49,984 nucleotides of DNA from Basidiobolus meristosporus CBS 931.73 (lineage: Eukaryota > Fungi > Basidiobolomycota): positions 1 through 49,984 of the forward strand of contig MCFE01000647.1 of NCBI GenBank assembly GCA_002104905.1. Direction: 5' to 3'. Below the pieces are notes generated by a model that did no database searches, was not told where the DNA came from, and worked only from the letters and a program-made list of their open reading frames with translations. A program made the position numbers and the translations under genes. The first letter of the stretch is position 1. Each line of letters opens with the position of its first letter. Below are positions 9,926-24,099 of this stretch, piece after piece.

Positions 9926-12900
9926 TTATGGTGATATCTGGGCTATATCGGTGGGAAGCGGCTGTAATTGTAAAAGCTGGAGTTGTTGGATGGGCTGCGA
10001 CTTTCGTTGACTGGAGATTTTGTGTTGCATTTGGAAGGCGTTGATTACGGTATGGTCTTGACAAGGGCGGCATAGTGGGTTGTCTCGTATATGGGAATTG
10101 GTGGTGTGAAGGGCTCCGCTTGGGGTCTGCGAAAAAACCGGAATCGGTGGGGTCGAAGCACTACTGTTGCCCTGGGGCCAATCCAGGGGAATCTCCTTGA
10201 TGGAGCTCGGGTTATTTTCGGATGCTGCGCATAAGGTTGCGAGCATATCGGTGCCATCCCTGGCGGGCGAGCTTAACAAAGTGGGTTTGGCGCTGATTCT
10301 TTGAGAGCTTAACTCTGTGGATGTGTAAGGTGGTGGCCCAGTACCGGCTCCATGTGTAATCGCTACATCAGCGATTGGTAGCACCTTCGTATCATATGGG
10401 ATGGTGGTCTCCAGTGTCTTGGCATCCCTTGATGTATGGGAACGACGATAGACATCACACGTTGAGGGGTGATCATGAGGTAACCCACCATTACTACTGA
10501 TGTTATCTAAAGGAGGGTTGCTATAGTTTCCGCCGGGTTGATTTGGCGTGTAACTGTACACGTCATGTAGCTCTGTTGTCTGAGGAACATTGGACAGCAG
10601 CATGGGTGTTATGTTCCCAGCGCCATTTTCTAAATCAGTTCTCGCCAGCTCTGTACTGGGGGGCGACACTTCCGTTGGAGCATTGACAGGTGCATTGGCC
10701 TCTTGACTAAATGCTGCCTGTACGAGCAACTCTAGGAAGTTCTCTTGGGGTGCTTGGAACGCAGCGGTGTTCATCGGAGGCAAAGGACTGGCGCTAATAG
10801 CTAATGGAAGCAGATTCAAAGGATTGTTGATAATATCCAAATTGGTGGCCACTTTCTCGTGATGTGATTCCTCCACGCTCGGAGAAGTGTATTGGCTTAT
10901 CAACTCACCATTAGAATCGCCAGATTTGGATGGCTCTATTGGTGAAGGCGAGGCAGGTACATCAATGTTGGAAGCCAAATCCTCAGGGCTATCTGGGTTA
11001 TCTGGGGTCGAGGAGAGCATATCCCCTGAGTAGCTAGAGTTGTCCACAGGCGAACCTACGTCAACAGATGAGCTCTTCGTGTTGTCGGTATCGGTTTTTT
11101 CTGAAGCCCTTCGCTTTGATTTGGTCTGCTTTCGCTTGGATTTGCTTGTCTCCAAAGAGGAAGGCTGCTTGTCCTCCACTCTCTCGGGCTGCGGAGCCTC
11201 GTTAGAGAGCAATGGTGCCTTTGAATCAACGCTCTTCTCAGACACCATTTCTAACGGCGCTTCCAAAGCGCTGACGCCGTACTTTCTACGGAAATTGTAA
11301 TAGAAGTTACGACATTGTTCATCCGTTTTGCTGCCAACGGCTTTGGAGACCGAGCAAAAGTCTTGACCATATTTTTTGTATGCCTCCAGTGCGATCCGTC
11401 GATCTTCCTCACTCCATCGGGCAGTAGTGGCAGGTGGCTGTACACTACTCTTGGCCTCATCTTCTTCCTCATCCCCAGACAATACTTTGGGGCGATACTT
11501 GGATCTTGGTTTTTTGCGGATTTTCTGAGGTGTAGGTGGGGTTTGCTCCACCTCATTATCCTTGGGGGACTTTTCTTCCGAGGATACTTGCACACTGCCG
11601 GTATTTTTGGATATTTGCGCCAACCTTTCCGCCTCGTCAATATCCTCAAGCAAAGCGCTACACTTCTTCCTGCGCCTACCAGCTCGCTTACCAGCCCCTT
11701 TCCGTGCCAACTGGCGTTTCTTTTTCTCATGGCCGGTCAGCAACGCTTTGAAGTTGATGGATTTCTTCTCTCGGTAATAAAACAAAACGCACTGTCTCGC
11801 GTTCTTGGTTTTAAAGAACGACGCAATCTTCCCGAATTGCTTTGGAAACTGAAGGTATTTCTTGATGAAAAGCTCCCTTTCTTCTCTGGTCCATTCATCG
11901 ACCCATTCATTTAGGTGGTAATAAGCACAAGGGTCCTCAACCAAGTTGTTTCGATTGTCGTACTTGGCTAGATCTCTCTTTTGTGGGTCCAAAATCATGG
12001 ACGGTATCTTAGCAGCAGTACGCATGGATCGAACATCCGGGTTGCGTAGATCCTCATACTCAAGGTACTGGATTATCTCCATAAGCTCTGCTTCGCTTCT
12101 CACAGTGTCGGCATTATAAAAACCGCCCCGCCGTTGTGCACGAGCAGAGATGCTGTTGGGATTCGAGGCAAGAAGCTCATCCCCTGTGTATCGTTTGCTT
12201 TTCTTCTCTCGCCTTTTGTCGAGCTTCACCACACGAATACGCCAATTCTCAAGGTGCTCTTTGTATTCTTCCCGGAGTCGGATCTCTTTCTTTTCCAGGA
12301 AACTGGACTTGTGTCGTAGATGAGTAAATATCAAACCTCGCATTTTCTTGTGTGATTCGATATTCTCCAGGTAGAAGGGGTAATCCTCCAGGCTTTTGTA
12401 TACTGGCTCAGGAATTGCGTTTGTATTGGCTTTAACAAGTGACTGATTTTCCGCATAAATCTGCTGATAAAGCGAAGGCTTGTGGGGTTTGACCGAACGT
12501 TCACTTGCTCTGGATAGCCCTATTGTGCTGAATTCAGATTTGATCGCAACCTTACTTTGCAGCAGATTTGATGATGGTTCAGACATCCCGACCTTTTCAT
12601 CCGAGCCATCAGGTAGATCGGCAGAGCTCCGCATTTCTAACGAACATGATTCCTTGTTCTTCCTTACTTCCTCAAGCAGCCCTTCATATCGCCCGATCTC
12701 TGAGTCGATATGATCAATCATAGTGAATATCTCATCTTGCGTCAATGAGCTTTTCGCCTCAGCGGGGGCTTTCTCAGTAGAGACCTCGATCTCCTCAGTA
12801 GAAGGTTCAACGCTCACACCAGCCCCATCTCTCTCCGGCTTGGGGCTCTTCAAGGGCGATGTCTTCACGATATTCTCAGAGCAATGTGGATTCGAATCGT

Positions 12901-14971
12901 CGGATATTGACATCGCACTGTCGCTTTCAGAGGCAGGGGGAGCTTTGAGCTCTGGAGCGCTTTCGGCCACGATGTTGCCCTTGGGGGCGATAGCTTCGGT
13001 TTCTAGATCCGGTTCGCACCAGTTTTTTGCCCTCGCTTCTGTGTCAAGCACCTCTGGTTGTTGATTGCTTGATAATGAGACAACATCCTCCGGTGAGTAA
13101 GTCAGCTCGCCATTGTTTAATATCTGGGGTGATACAACAGCTTCACTTGCGGCATCTATTGGTTCATCCAGCTTCTCTATATCAATATGCACCCATGACT
13201 CTGATTTATCCGACGTTGACTGCGTACTGCTTTCCTTGGTGGGACAGCCACCGTTTTCCCATGGCTTGACCAAGCTGGTCTCCGAAGAAATATCACCCTC
13301 GGCTACGCATTCACGCACTTGAACCTTTCTGTGAGGGGCCTCTCCTTGTCCATCGGCCTCCAATGAAACAGACTCGGAAGGTGAGGCGCCAGAGTCTGGG
13401 TGTGGGGATTTTCGTTTTTGAGAGGATTTGCCAACCTCGTCCGCCTCTTGAGCATGAGAATATGATTTCGATTCGTAGGTTTCGTCAGCTCTAGCATCAC
13501 GATGTGTAGATTCATCCCTCGATCTCCCTTCTTCGGAGGCCCTGTACCTTTCTTGATATCTGATAGACTCAACACTGCTGCTTCGTCGTTCTGGAGTGAA
13601 GGAGCCACGTGAATGGAAGTAGTATCCGTGGGTATCTCTGTTAGTAGGCTCCCGTCGAAAGCTGCCGTAAGTCTCCCGCCGATAAAAGTATCTATCGAAA
13701 TGTTCTCGGCCTCTATCCTCGGCACGGTAACTATTCGATTCAAATCTGAGAAATGTTTCAACTGAGTCAACCATTGCATTAGCTCGGCATAAATACAATT
13801 TACTAACCGGTCATATCTCAAGTCAAAATCTCTGCTCTTCTCATGCATCCTTTCCGAATCCCACCGTCCATGACCTCGAATTCTCCGATAGTCCCGTCCT
13901 ACATCCCTGTCTCTGTCCCATCTACCGCGGTCTCGGCTCCGTTCTCGGTCCCAGTGTCTGTCATGAAAGTGAGAGGAGCTCATTCCTCTAGCAGAGTGGT
14001 CTCTCAGGCTTCTGTAGTTTCGATAGCTGTCTCTTTCCGCCTCCCGTTCACGTCCCGATAGACTAGAGTCTGATCTTCTCCCTTTATCGAAGGGATCAGC
14101 CCGATATCTTCGGTCTCTTGAGTACCCGAAATCCTCACTGGGCCTGGATCGTCGCTGGAGAAACTATGGTTATTGGAGGTCACAGAATGGAGCCAGGCCA
14201 CAACCCAGAACGACAGCGTGCAGATTTACATACCTCTTTGCTTCCCAGATGAGAAAACATAGGATCTAGCGGCGCAAACCCGGAGCCTTCATTATGGATG
14301 AATGAGTCGCCGGCGGTGGCATCGCGACCAACAACCTTCGGTAAATGCTCACTACTCTCGCTACGCTGATGGCTTTCCGCTGCAAAGGAGGTCGACACGC
14401 CTGGGGCTTCATCGTACTTCTTCAGTTCAGCGCCAGCGCAACGATTGTGATGGTGATAGGAGGCATCAAATGGGTAGCCTGCATTTGTAGAGGAAGGATA
14501 ATCATCTCGCAGTGGTTCTCTGATTTACCAAACACCAACGGAGCAGAATAGAAGACGAGAAATTAACAGACGTCGCTGGGTTGAAAATTTTTCACCACCG
14601 GGCTTACCTATTAGTTCTATGGTGAAAATGCTCTTCGGCTCTTCTTCTATCGTCAGGACCCCTGGAAGTCGTGTTTATATAGAGGGTTAATATATGTGTG
14701 TGGACAGGTGAGGTGTGTATTCCAAGAGGTTTCCATGCACGTACCTTGAATCCCGGTAAGATCTATAACGTTCTCGTCCTTGTTCATAAGAAACACCGGC
14801 GTGCTTCTTGAACTTTGGGTCTGATTGCTCGTTGGACGAGAGAATTTCGGAGTTTAAACGAGGATATTTATCATCGCTTAGTAAAAGGCGTTCCTCAACG
14901 CTGCCGCCTCCACTAGCTTCATCGGGTATTGGATTTGTAGAGCGGGTCTGTAGCGGGCGACTCGTCTCCAT
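9926..14971 (-). CDS. SNT1: Snt1/NCoR-like two-SANT-domain HDAC corepressor subunit (~1580 aa, 5 exons)
   Basis: SANT1 WTREERELFIKKYLQFPKQFGKIAS and SANT2 WSEEDRRIALEAYKKYGQDF, plus an NCoR-type coiled coil (LYQQIYAENQ...YKEHLENWR). Frame-consistent exons: 14971-14745, 14661-14608, 14519-14234, 14163-13808, 13745-9926. The extreme 5' and 3' ends are less certain. Confidence 0.85.
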
Positions 14972-15881
14972 TATGTAGCACCTGCTTCGTTTATGTAGAA
15001 GATTTCTACTCACCTCCCCTCTGGATACAAGCTGGACTTAAAAAAGAAAGGAAAAGGCCGTGTCAAAAGCGTCAATCGAAGTATAAAGCGTTTCCACTGA
15101 ACAGGAAGAGCTAGCACTCCTTGATTTGGTTTTCTAGCGTGTTGACACGAATTTCAATATTTAGACCGTATAGTCGGCACGATCGGCGAGTTGATTATTG
15201 TGGGTGTACTGTGTCGTATGTCTTGAAAGAAAGCGCGGAGACCAAACCACGTAAATATTGCGCACCTTAATTCCTTGGTGAATTTACTCACTGCAGTAAC
15301 TTCGAACAACCCTTCAGAGGTAAAGCGGAAGAGTAACAAAAATAACGCGAGTCAACAAAAATCATGACTTATTGAGAATAGTTCCAAAAGATATGACATG
15401 GGATCTTGACTATCTAAACAGTGTGGAAAAAAATATCCTATCTCTGGTAAATTATCGGGATGCTCGAGAATCTCCATCATTCTAGAGACTCCTCGGTCCA
15501 CTGGATTGTCTTGAAAAACAATAGGGCAAATAATGCACGAATTCATTGTCAGATGGCGAAGAATTCGACGAAGGTACGTTAACTTAATCACTTGCCAATA
15601 CCGTTTGCGGTTCAATTCGGGATTCGACGAGCCCTCACCCAATGTCATGACTCACAGATATCACGTCCTTTGGTAGTTTCCCATTGGTGGTCGGGCTTAC
15701 ACCGAGCCCAAATGCAAAACCACCTACACCATTATTGACAAATTAAACTTATAGGATTTGCATGAATTTATTACGAGCTTCAAGAAAAACACATCAAAAA
15801 CATGGCTGAATAGCAACGCCGTGAACGAGGGAAAGTTTGAAGGATTCATTTCGGGAGCTTATGCCGCATGAGTAGTACTGT

Positions 15882-16640
15882 TTATACGGGGAGCTTGAAC
15901 TTTTTGCCGCGCAGAACCTTAGTGATGTAGATGTAGAAGAAATCTAGGTATAAAATGGTTTGAATAACACCGGTAAACACGGGAATAAAGACGAAATGGT
16001 TCTCGAAAAGATAGCGGTAAATCCAGTTAAGAAGGTACATCGCACGATACCCTCCAAGGGCGCCTAGATAATGGGTTGTGATGGTCTCAGCCTCCCCGGT
16101 GGTGGAAAGCATATACAACTGAGGGAGAATGGCCACCGCCTCAAGCGCCAAAGAGAAGGTCCACATGATCTGTACTTGAACGTTAGACCATTTTCACAAG
16201 TAAAATAAACATCCTTGAACTCACCTCCATGGTGGTATATTTGGCGGCGAAGAGTAAGGCGAAAAGAGCGGAGGGGCCGATAAAGTATTCGAGACGCAGC
16301 TTGTCCTTCTCAGCGGAATAAGTGGTAGGATACTTCTTGCGGATCAAATAAAGGATATAGAACGAAGAACCCAAGAAGAAAATCTTCATCAGGGTGTTGT
16401 AGGCAGAGTAGGTGAAGTGGGTGAAGAGATCCAGATAACGAGTCGTGAATACGATGGCATACAAAAGCTGGGTTTTGAAAGAGATGCCTAAAGTCAATAT
16501 TTGATTAGTGCTACCATACTGGACCAGTGTGTCGGAAAGTGCGCAATACCAGCAACAGATTTGGTGGTGTGCATCTTCAACAAAAGGATCAAGATCGATG
16601 CCAAATGCAACAGATCACCAGTGATTCTAAAGATATTCAT
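15882..16640 (-). CDS. ERD2: ER lumen protein-retaining (HDEL/KDEL) receptor, 213 aa, 3 exons
   Basis: [22 protein letters not shown] / [22 protein letters not shown] / [16 protein letters not shown]; introns 16549-16488 and 16224-16170. Confidence 0.97.
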
Positions 16641-17284
16641 TTCTAAGGAAATTCAAGGCAGTCAACTGCAAGTATGGCTTGTTACTAGATGGGGGTTTGT
16701 TTGAAGTTAAAAGGTGTTCGGTGGGTGAATTCCTTGGAGAGGGACTAAAACGCAACTTGAGAAGCGAGAGGTAGTTTTAGCATACCAAGGGTCGAATGGG
16801 GCACTCGTCAATTTCAAGTAATCATGCCATACGCTTGTAAATATCTGATTGAATAGTAACTAATAACAACCGATTGATAGGTCGAAATCTCGAAAGTGCA
16901 CGAAATTTTTTGTGGATGAATAGGATTTCAGTGCGTGTCCGTCAGCAATTAGGGAGAATAGGATGGCTATATATAGAGCACGATGACTACAAAACAATCT
17001 ATTTAATTGACTATGTGCTGGTTGATGTGGTCATGACCCGTCATGGCGAGATATGTCAAGCACGCTGGCTCGTGGCCATGAGTCAAATGGATGAAGTGGG
17101 TGGCAATGACCTAGGCGTAGTCATGGTATTTTTGGAGCAGAGTTGATTTTGGTTTATGTATGAAGCTTGTTTACTGACGAAACATAAAACTGGTACATCA
17201 GGAAACCTAATCACGCCCAAAATGGACATGTGGACAATCCTGTAATGATTAAAGATGTAAACAAATGCTAGCCTAATTTTAACC

Positions 17285-18544
17285 TCAACCGTTCATCGAA
17301 ATGGTGTAATCGTAGTCGATGGTCGGTAACACACTGGAAATAAACTTCAGAAAGATAACCATATACTGATCTACGCGTAGTTCTTCGCGGCCGGATTCGC
17401 TCAGTCGTTCCAGAATCTTCTTCATCACATTGGCATGACGGCACGGGTGAATTGACGCGAGCTGGAGGTTTTCATGAGGATGGGTCTCAATGGTTACCGT
17501 TTTTTTGGCATGGTCCTGAGAGATATCTTCGAAGACTTGGTCGGTGGTTAAAGGGTTACGGTTCTACACAGGGGCTCTGTTAGCGCGAGCTTTGGTGGGG
17601 TGCTTACGATACGTACCTCGTCATAGCCGAATAACCATACTCTGGGTGTTTGATAATACTTGTCATAGGTTATACTTAGATCGTATGTCCGGGTCTTTAA
17701 AATGTTGTCATTGTTGTCGTCAGCTGCTTGGTTGTAGGTAGCCTGCAAGAAATGGGATTAGTCAAGTGGTTGCAGAAGAGGGCGAGATGCCTATTTACAG
17801 GGTCTTCGTCCTCCACGATCTCCTCGAAATCATCGTCCATATCGGGGATTTCGTCTAGATTGTCAGGCAGAGTGTTCTCCTCTTGCTCCTGGAGTGCCAA
17901 TTCAGCAGTTCGTTGAATGATATCCTCTTCCTCTTCAATATCCTCTCCCTCGATCTCCTGTATCTCTTCTTCTTTGTTGCCAACTACAGCACGATATTAG
18001 CAACCAAATTGGTCTAGTGGATACTGGAAACTAATACCTCGGTTACTGTGCGTTGCTACCCAGCCATCCTCACCATCTGCCTCTATCTCCTCATTGCCTT
18101 CTTCCGAATATTCCATTTGTTTGACACGTTTCAAACAAGGCACTGCGGATCTAGCAGGTTACTTTTTGCTACAATCATTACATGGAATCCTGATATACAT
18201 ACCATTGCGTGTAACGAGATACTGCTTGTCCGCAGGTAGGTATTCTCTGCGCTTGCTGGGAATTCCTGCCGCCCTTTTTGAAAAGTAAGTTGGTGGTTTA
18301 AACTTTTTGTAGAAAGAGGGAGCCTTACCAGGACCAAGTGGGGCACTTATAGACCAAGAAATCACCAGCTGCCACGAACTTTGTGGATAGGAATGTGTTA
18401 GCAATTGGATGTATGGTGTCTGGTAATGATGGTGTGACGTGCCTCTTCAGGAGTTAATACACCCGTCTCCTTGAATTTGGAGTTTTTGAGCACTGGGTTC
18501 AGGTACTCGCGAAGATCAAAAAATAGACTTTGTACAGAATGCAT
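17285..18544 (-). CDS. ATG3: Autophagy E2-like enzyme Atg3, 7 exons
   Basis: [61 protein letters not shown], catalytic ASIHPCRHA, and C-terminal [21 protein letters not shown]. Confidence 0.97.
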
Positions 18545-19958
18545 GAAGGGGCTTCACTTGAAATAGGATTTACAAAGATGGTAACCGAGGTGAGTTGCAA
18601 ATAATCGACGGGATGAGGTTAGCGTTGGCTATGTGACGAGTGGTTTTCTACTGTAAGGTCGTTTTTAGTTCACCTAGGTTATAACAAACGAGCCTCAATG
18701 AGCTGCGGTATGATATCCAATCATGTTGGTTGAATATCCATGGCAATGCATACCTAAATTGGAAATGGAATCGCTGATTCAAGAGGGCAATTGACTTTGC
18801 GATATTTAACCCATAACTTTTCGTATGCAACTTCATGACCCTTGAATGGACCCAAGTCACAAGATACCTATTAGGCATACGTTGCTGACCATGTGACTCT
18901 TTGTACAAATTCTCAGCGACTCCAATGCATTAATGTTACCAGCTACTGAAAAACATGGGCAATACATGCTTGGTGCTGCTAACCTTCGCCAGTGGTGAGA
19001 TTTGTTGGGTCCAATACAAGGGACGTGTCTGTGGTGACCAATCAAGTTTACGTACTGTGCAGTTCTACCAATTAATCTGGGCAGTCTGAGTCTTTTTTGA
19101 TTACAATCGATGTTTAATACGAACATCACCAGCAACTACACAGGCTGACGCGAAGTAATTTACCATTTAAGCTCGATGCATTGGCTGCTGATTTACGGAT
19201 AGGTTGCTGGGTTAGAAATCTGTTGGCAGTTGTATTTGGATCCAGGTGTCCTGGGAATATAACGCATTCCAGAGAGGGTACAGAGGGTGGCTAACTACAT
19301 TGAATATATATTTTGTACTGCTCGATCGTTACGGCTAAATTTTGGTTTCGGGAAGTTGTAGACGGTTGTGTAATTGTCATTTCTGGAACAATACCGCGGA
19401 ATAAGCATCGCTGCTACTTGGGTAGATGGACTCTGAAGCAGGCCCATTATGGGACAAAGCATTGATGTTTGCTCGTTTTACTTGAAAACGGATTGGGTGG
19501 AAACTAGAAGGGGACCGTATCTCTCTGAGCCGCTTTCAGCGGGACCGCGGAGCGGCTGAGCTTGAAGTGCGCATTCATCTACACTGACGCACATCACCAG
19601 GTCCTATGGATTCTATTTACATTCGTACAAACACCGATGCTGCTCCGAAGTGGCATATGCTACCACCTAGATCAATTGGGATGTGGAAAAATCGATTCCA
19701 CCACAGATCATGTAGAGTTCATGACGATGTTCAACCGGTTTTGGCTTACGTTGTAAAAAGGGGGAGGTACAGGCACTGCTGATACTGCTGATTACCCTAT
19801 TTCTCAGCAAGAGCTGAGCCGCCCTGTAGAGCCAATAGTATCGATTCCACAAACCGGTCAAATGACATTTTTCCTGATTTAAAGGAGTCAGGCCTAGGAA
19901 TCCTGCAGTCTAAGCCCCCATCTCCGCTTTCTCAACGTAGCATCTTCACATCAGCAGA

Positions 19959-20904
19959 ATGTCATCCCTTCGAGTACTTGTTGGTTGTAAACGTGTAGTT
20001 GATTATGCGGTCAAAGTTCGTGTCAACTCTTCCAAGACGGCCGTCGAGACTGCCGGTGTCAAGCACTCCATGAATCCTTTTGACGAAATTGCCGTGGAAG
20101 AGGCGGTTCGCATGAAAGAAAAGCTAGGGAAAAAGATTTCCGAGGTCGTGGCGGTATCATGCGGCACTTCCAAATGCCAAGAAACCCTTCGGACTGCCCT
20201 TGCTATGGGTGCGGATAGGGCCATCCATGTGGACGTCAAAGACGACGCTAGCTTGGAGCCACTAAATGTCGCCAAGTTGTTCAAAGCTATCGTGGAAAAG
20301 GAGAAAATCGACCTGGTTATTGTGGGCAAGCAGGCGATTGATGATGATTCCAACCAGACTGGTCAGATGCTGGCTGGCCTTTTAAATTGGCCCCAGGTAA
20401 GTGGTTTGCTCTGACTATACTAGATGCCAACGCTAACTATATTCGGCTCTTAGGCGACTTTCATATCCAAGATTGATATCAATGACAACAATTCTATAAC
20501 AGCAGACAGAGAGATTGATGGCGGCATGGAAACGATCAGTTTCAAGGCGCCTGCCGTATTATCCACTGATTTGAGGTATCCTTTGGTGCATTAGGGCCCA
20601 CCGGTTGTCTGGTATTAACAGTGATACTTTAGATTGAACGAGCCACGTTACGCCTCTCTTCCCAACATCATGGTAAGCTACCTATGACAGGATTGGCGTA
20701 GTAACAACCTTGCTCACTAAACTTCTAAAGAAAGCGAAGAAGAAGCCCTTGACCAAAGTAACCCCGGAGGAGCTAGCTGTGGATATTAAGCCCCATCTTC
20801 AGGTCCTTGAGGTCACTGAGCCACCGAAAAGATCTGGCGGTAAGGTAGTGGAGAGTGTAGATGCACTGGTAGATAAATTGAAGAATGAGGCGGGTGTACT
20901 ATAG
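19959..20904 (+). CDS. ETFB: Electron transfer flavoprotein beta subunit (257 aa, 4 exons)
   Basis: [63 protein letters not shown]; introns 20397-20453, 20576-20632 and 20673-20730. Confidence 0.97.
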
Positions 20905-21661
20905 GCAGGGAGATTCTGTGCATCATCGTGAACACCAACATGGACAGCGTCTGCTAGCAGCCTATATGCTAATATGATTTTACATTATAATAAAAATTGG
21001 AACTTGTCATGTGCTTGGTTGTATGCGAGCCTAGTATGATTCACAAACCAGGATGGGCTGGAGAGTCGTCTCAGTGGTAGCATTAGGCTAGATACTATCC
21101 GCATGAGCGTTCCGACCCCCACTACCAGTCCTGCTAGCGGCAAAACAGCCAAATGACCGATTACCTCCGAATGCCCTAATGCAGTGCATGTTGACTGGTG
21201 CGCCAGTCTCACGAGGTAAATTGTTCCAGCATTCCACCAGGAGAAAATGTGTAGTCCACGACCAGGGCCAGGGTGGGGAGATCGCATACTTCGTGGCACC
21301 AAGTTGCACAACTGGATATCTGCCAGACTCTTGCAACTCCGGCCAGACTTTCTAGATCCACAATGACTACTGTCGCAATGAAAATACCAGCTTCTCTCTT
21401 CATGATCGGCATTTGCATATTCATCCGGATATTTCCCCCTGAAACTATCCAATTGGCGAGCAATCATCAATATCGATTATTTGACGTCCCCAACAATCGC
21501 GAACCACATGGATTAGCCAACAGCATGATGATCCCCCCAAAGTTTGATTTCCTGGTTAAGGAAAAAGTGATTGAGCGGTTATTTTTCTCGAGAACCTCTG
21601 TGAATCAAAGGGGAAAGTCTGTATTTCCCAGCTCAGCTAAGCTTCCCGGACTCGCATATCC

Positions 21662-22036
21662 ATGTCGCAACCCTCAAACTTCGCTTTTGGGTTTACCGGG
21701 GGCGTCATTGGATGTATGACCTACCAGTATGCTTTACTTAAGGAGTTGGAGGATGAGGCGGTTGGGCTTAGAAAGGATTTCATCGCGCTGAGAAGAAAGC
21801 TAGAGCTTGCGGTTCCACTTTTGGTCCGTGACGATGTACGTTTCCCTGCCCGTTCGGTTTCTTGCTAACCCCAACTAATCCCTTCTTCTCAGGATTTTTT
21901 GAAGAAGACCCACCGAAGAAATTTTGGCCTAAGAAAACCACCAACGATGATGGACAAGATCCAGGATCGTATGAAACATGCTTGGAATAGAGGACTCATT
22001 GAATTTGTCCGTATGTGCAATGATGTTGGGAAGTGA
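21662..22036 (+). CDS. Small mitochondrial inner-membrane protein, MICOS Mic12/Aim5-like (105 aa, 2 exons)
   Basis: N-terminal GFTGGVIG TM segment, a coiled coil, and C-terminal PTMMDKIQDRMKHAWNRGLIEFV; GT-AG intron 21836-21892 with CTAAC/CTAAT branch sites keeps the frame. Confidence 0.6.
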
Positions 22037-23009
22037 GTCTTTGCTCCGGCTGGCCCACTTTGGGCCTCTTGTCTAGTTGAGGCCTCCCTGGCTATTTAGC
22101 TACTTGACCTTTAGCTAGGTTGGGAAGATTTCTGAGCCAGGTCGAGTCCTGCTATTTCCGTTATCTGCACTTCTCTGCGTTGAGTTATTCACCCTTAGGG
22201 TTGATTACTATGTCTCAACAGAACATCACTGCCCTTTTCGAAGACCTCCTCTGCATCGCTTCTCTTCTTCATTTAATGTACATATTTACCCCGTTCATAT
22301 GGATGGACCGGGTTCCTTTTACATACACCTAAACGGTTCTTGTTCCCGATAAAATGAAGGACATAACAATAAACATCGCTCATTCCGAACCTTGAGGTCA
22401 GTGTTGTTAAATATTCCATATATTCCTTGCTTACAAGACAGGTTGTACTCTTCTAAGCCATGAACTCAACTGCTCAGATACTGGACATAATGGTTAGAAA
22501 CAAGGTAGAGCATGAAATATTCTGTTGTAGGAGAGCCGTTGTGAATATACCTTGGAATCTGGGATATCCTGAGCAGGTGTATGCGATCAAGCTGCAGCCA
22601 AGCAAACAACTGGACTGTAGAATTGTTGTGTATAGGAATCAGAAAGCTCCATGACCAATGGAGATGTTGGTGTTGCTAGGAATGAATCACATTATACTTC
22701 AAAGCCCAAGCGAGCCATACTAGGTCTAATCATCAAGCGCTATCGGGTATTAGGTGAATGTGAGATATTCGGTCTTATGGAGATCAGATTCACATACTAG
22801 ATACATCTTAAGTGAGTATTGGTTCCATCGATTGATGCATGCAATACAATCGAGTCGCTTCACAAGCCAGGGTGGTCTACAAATCCTCGAGATCGCCGCA
22901 AATAAGGTGGATTTTTTTCGATTTCCACGATGCTCATTAAATTATGGATGTACTTCTGAGCGGGGCCGCTTTTTCTCCCTCTTTATTCCACCACCAGTAC
23001 TTGATAACG

Positions 23010-23542
23010 ATGGACCTAGAGCCTACGATGGCCAAGAAAACACCGGCGTTCCAAAGACTCGCCATATCCACCTCGCAATGGCAGTACCTGAAAATCCAAG
23101 TGTGAGTTAACACTAGATACCCTTTCTCGTTTCTGTTGAATTTTTGTTGACCCTATATATTGTAGTGCTTTCGAGGATATTCAAGGCGCTAGCAGCCATT
23201 CAGTAGATGAGCTTCTGTTCCGCTCGTTCATAGTGCAGGCTTTAACCAGTCTTCACGGGTTGGTCGGTTCCGCCATGCAGGTGGATGTACTGTCGTTGGA
23301 CGGATTGGTGGGCGTCATAAAGGTCGCAAATGAGTAAGTACTTTTGGGTTTCACTGAGCTGCTCCTATCGTTTCGACTAACCTCCTATTCTCTTACTCCT
23401 ACAAAGGGATCTGCCCGCGCTTTGGAGTGCACTTACCCTCTATCAAGGGATCCACCAAGGCAATGAGTTTCAATTTCGAGTCTTGTCCGTTTCTGCCTAC
23501 CTCCTAGGTTTGGCCAGTAATAGCCGCGCTTGGGATATCTAG
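23010..23542 (+). CDS. RNase P/MRP subunit, Pop8/Rpp14-like (~131 aa, 3 exons)
   Basis: The spliced product reads WQYLKIQV...FRSFIVQALTSLHGLVGSAMQVDVL...DLPALWSALTL...FRVLSVSAYLLGL; introns 23102-23165 and 23334-23406 are canonical and frame-consistent. Confidence 0.75.
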
Positions 23543-24099
23543 TTGGGACAGACTCTACCTGAGGATTCATTCCGGGATCCTGTTTTTCCTTCCTCCATGT
23601 AAATATATTTGATAGAGACGCTTGTCTCCTAGAAGAAACCAACCTCAATAAATCTCCCAGACGCCAATCTTTGTTGGTTCAGTCCTGTCATGATGCCGGT
23701 GCTCCTCCGATCTTGGTCTCGAAGGGGTTGCTAAACAATGGTTTGATTTTATTGTAGTTTCTACTGGAAAAAGAAGCCGTATATATTAAGGGTCAAGATA
23801 CACAAGTAATTCGTGCTAGTATACATAGTAATATACAGACAGAAGATTCCCGCTGGCCTTCTCTCCCTCTCAAGAAAAAGGGGAACATGGTTTCTGGTAG
23901 ATACTACAAAATGATAAGAGTTGAATGTTGAATAAATAGTTCTTGGTGATCTTCCCATAACCAGGAATATGCATGTGGTGGAGAGATGAACGAGATTGGA
24001 GGAAGACGAAAACTAGTAGGCTGTATTGGTGGGGGGGGGCCAAGTCTAAGTTGTGACCTTCTGAGGAGATGAGCGAAATGGGCATAACCTGATCCTGGC

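Noticed and set aside
14982-15013. Possible 32-nt GTGAGT...CAG intron just upstream of the SNT1-like ATG
   Set aside because: Shorter than all other introns here and lacks a clear branch point; needs cDNA evidence.
15352-15648. 98-aa ATG ORF between the SNT1-like gene and ERD2
   Set aside because: No recognisable family or composition signal; may be spurious or UTR-derived.
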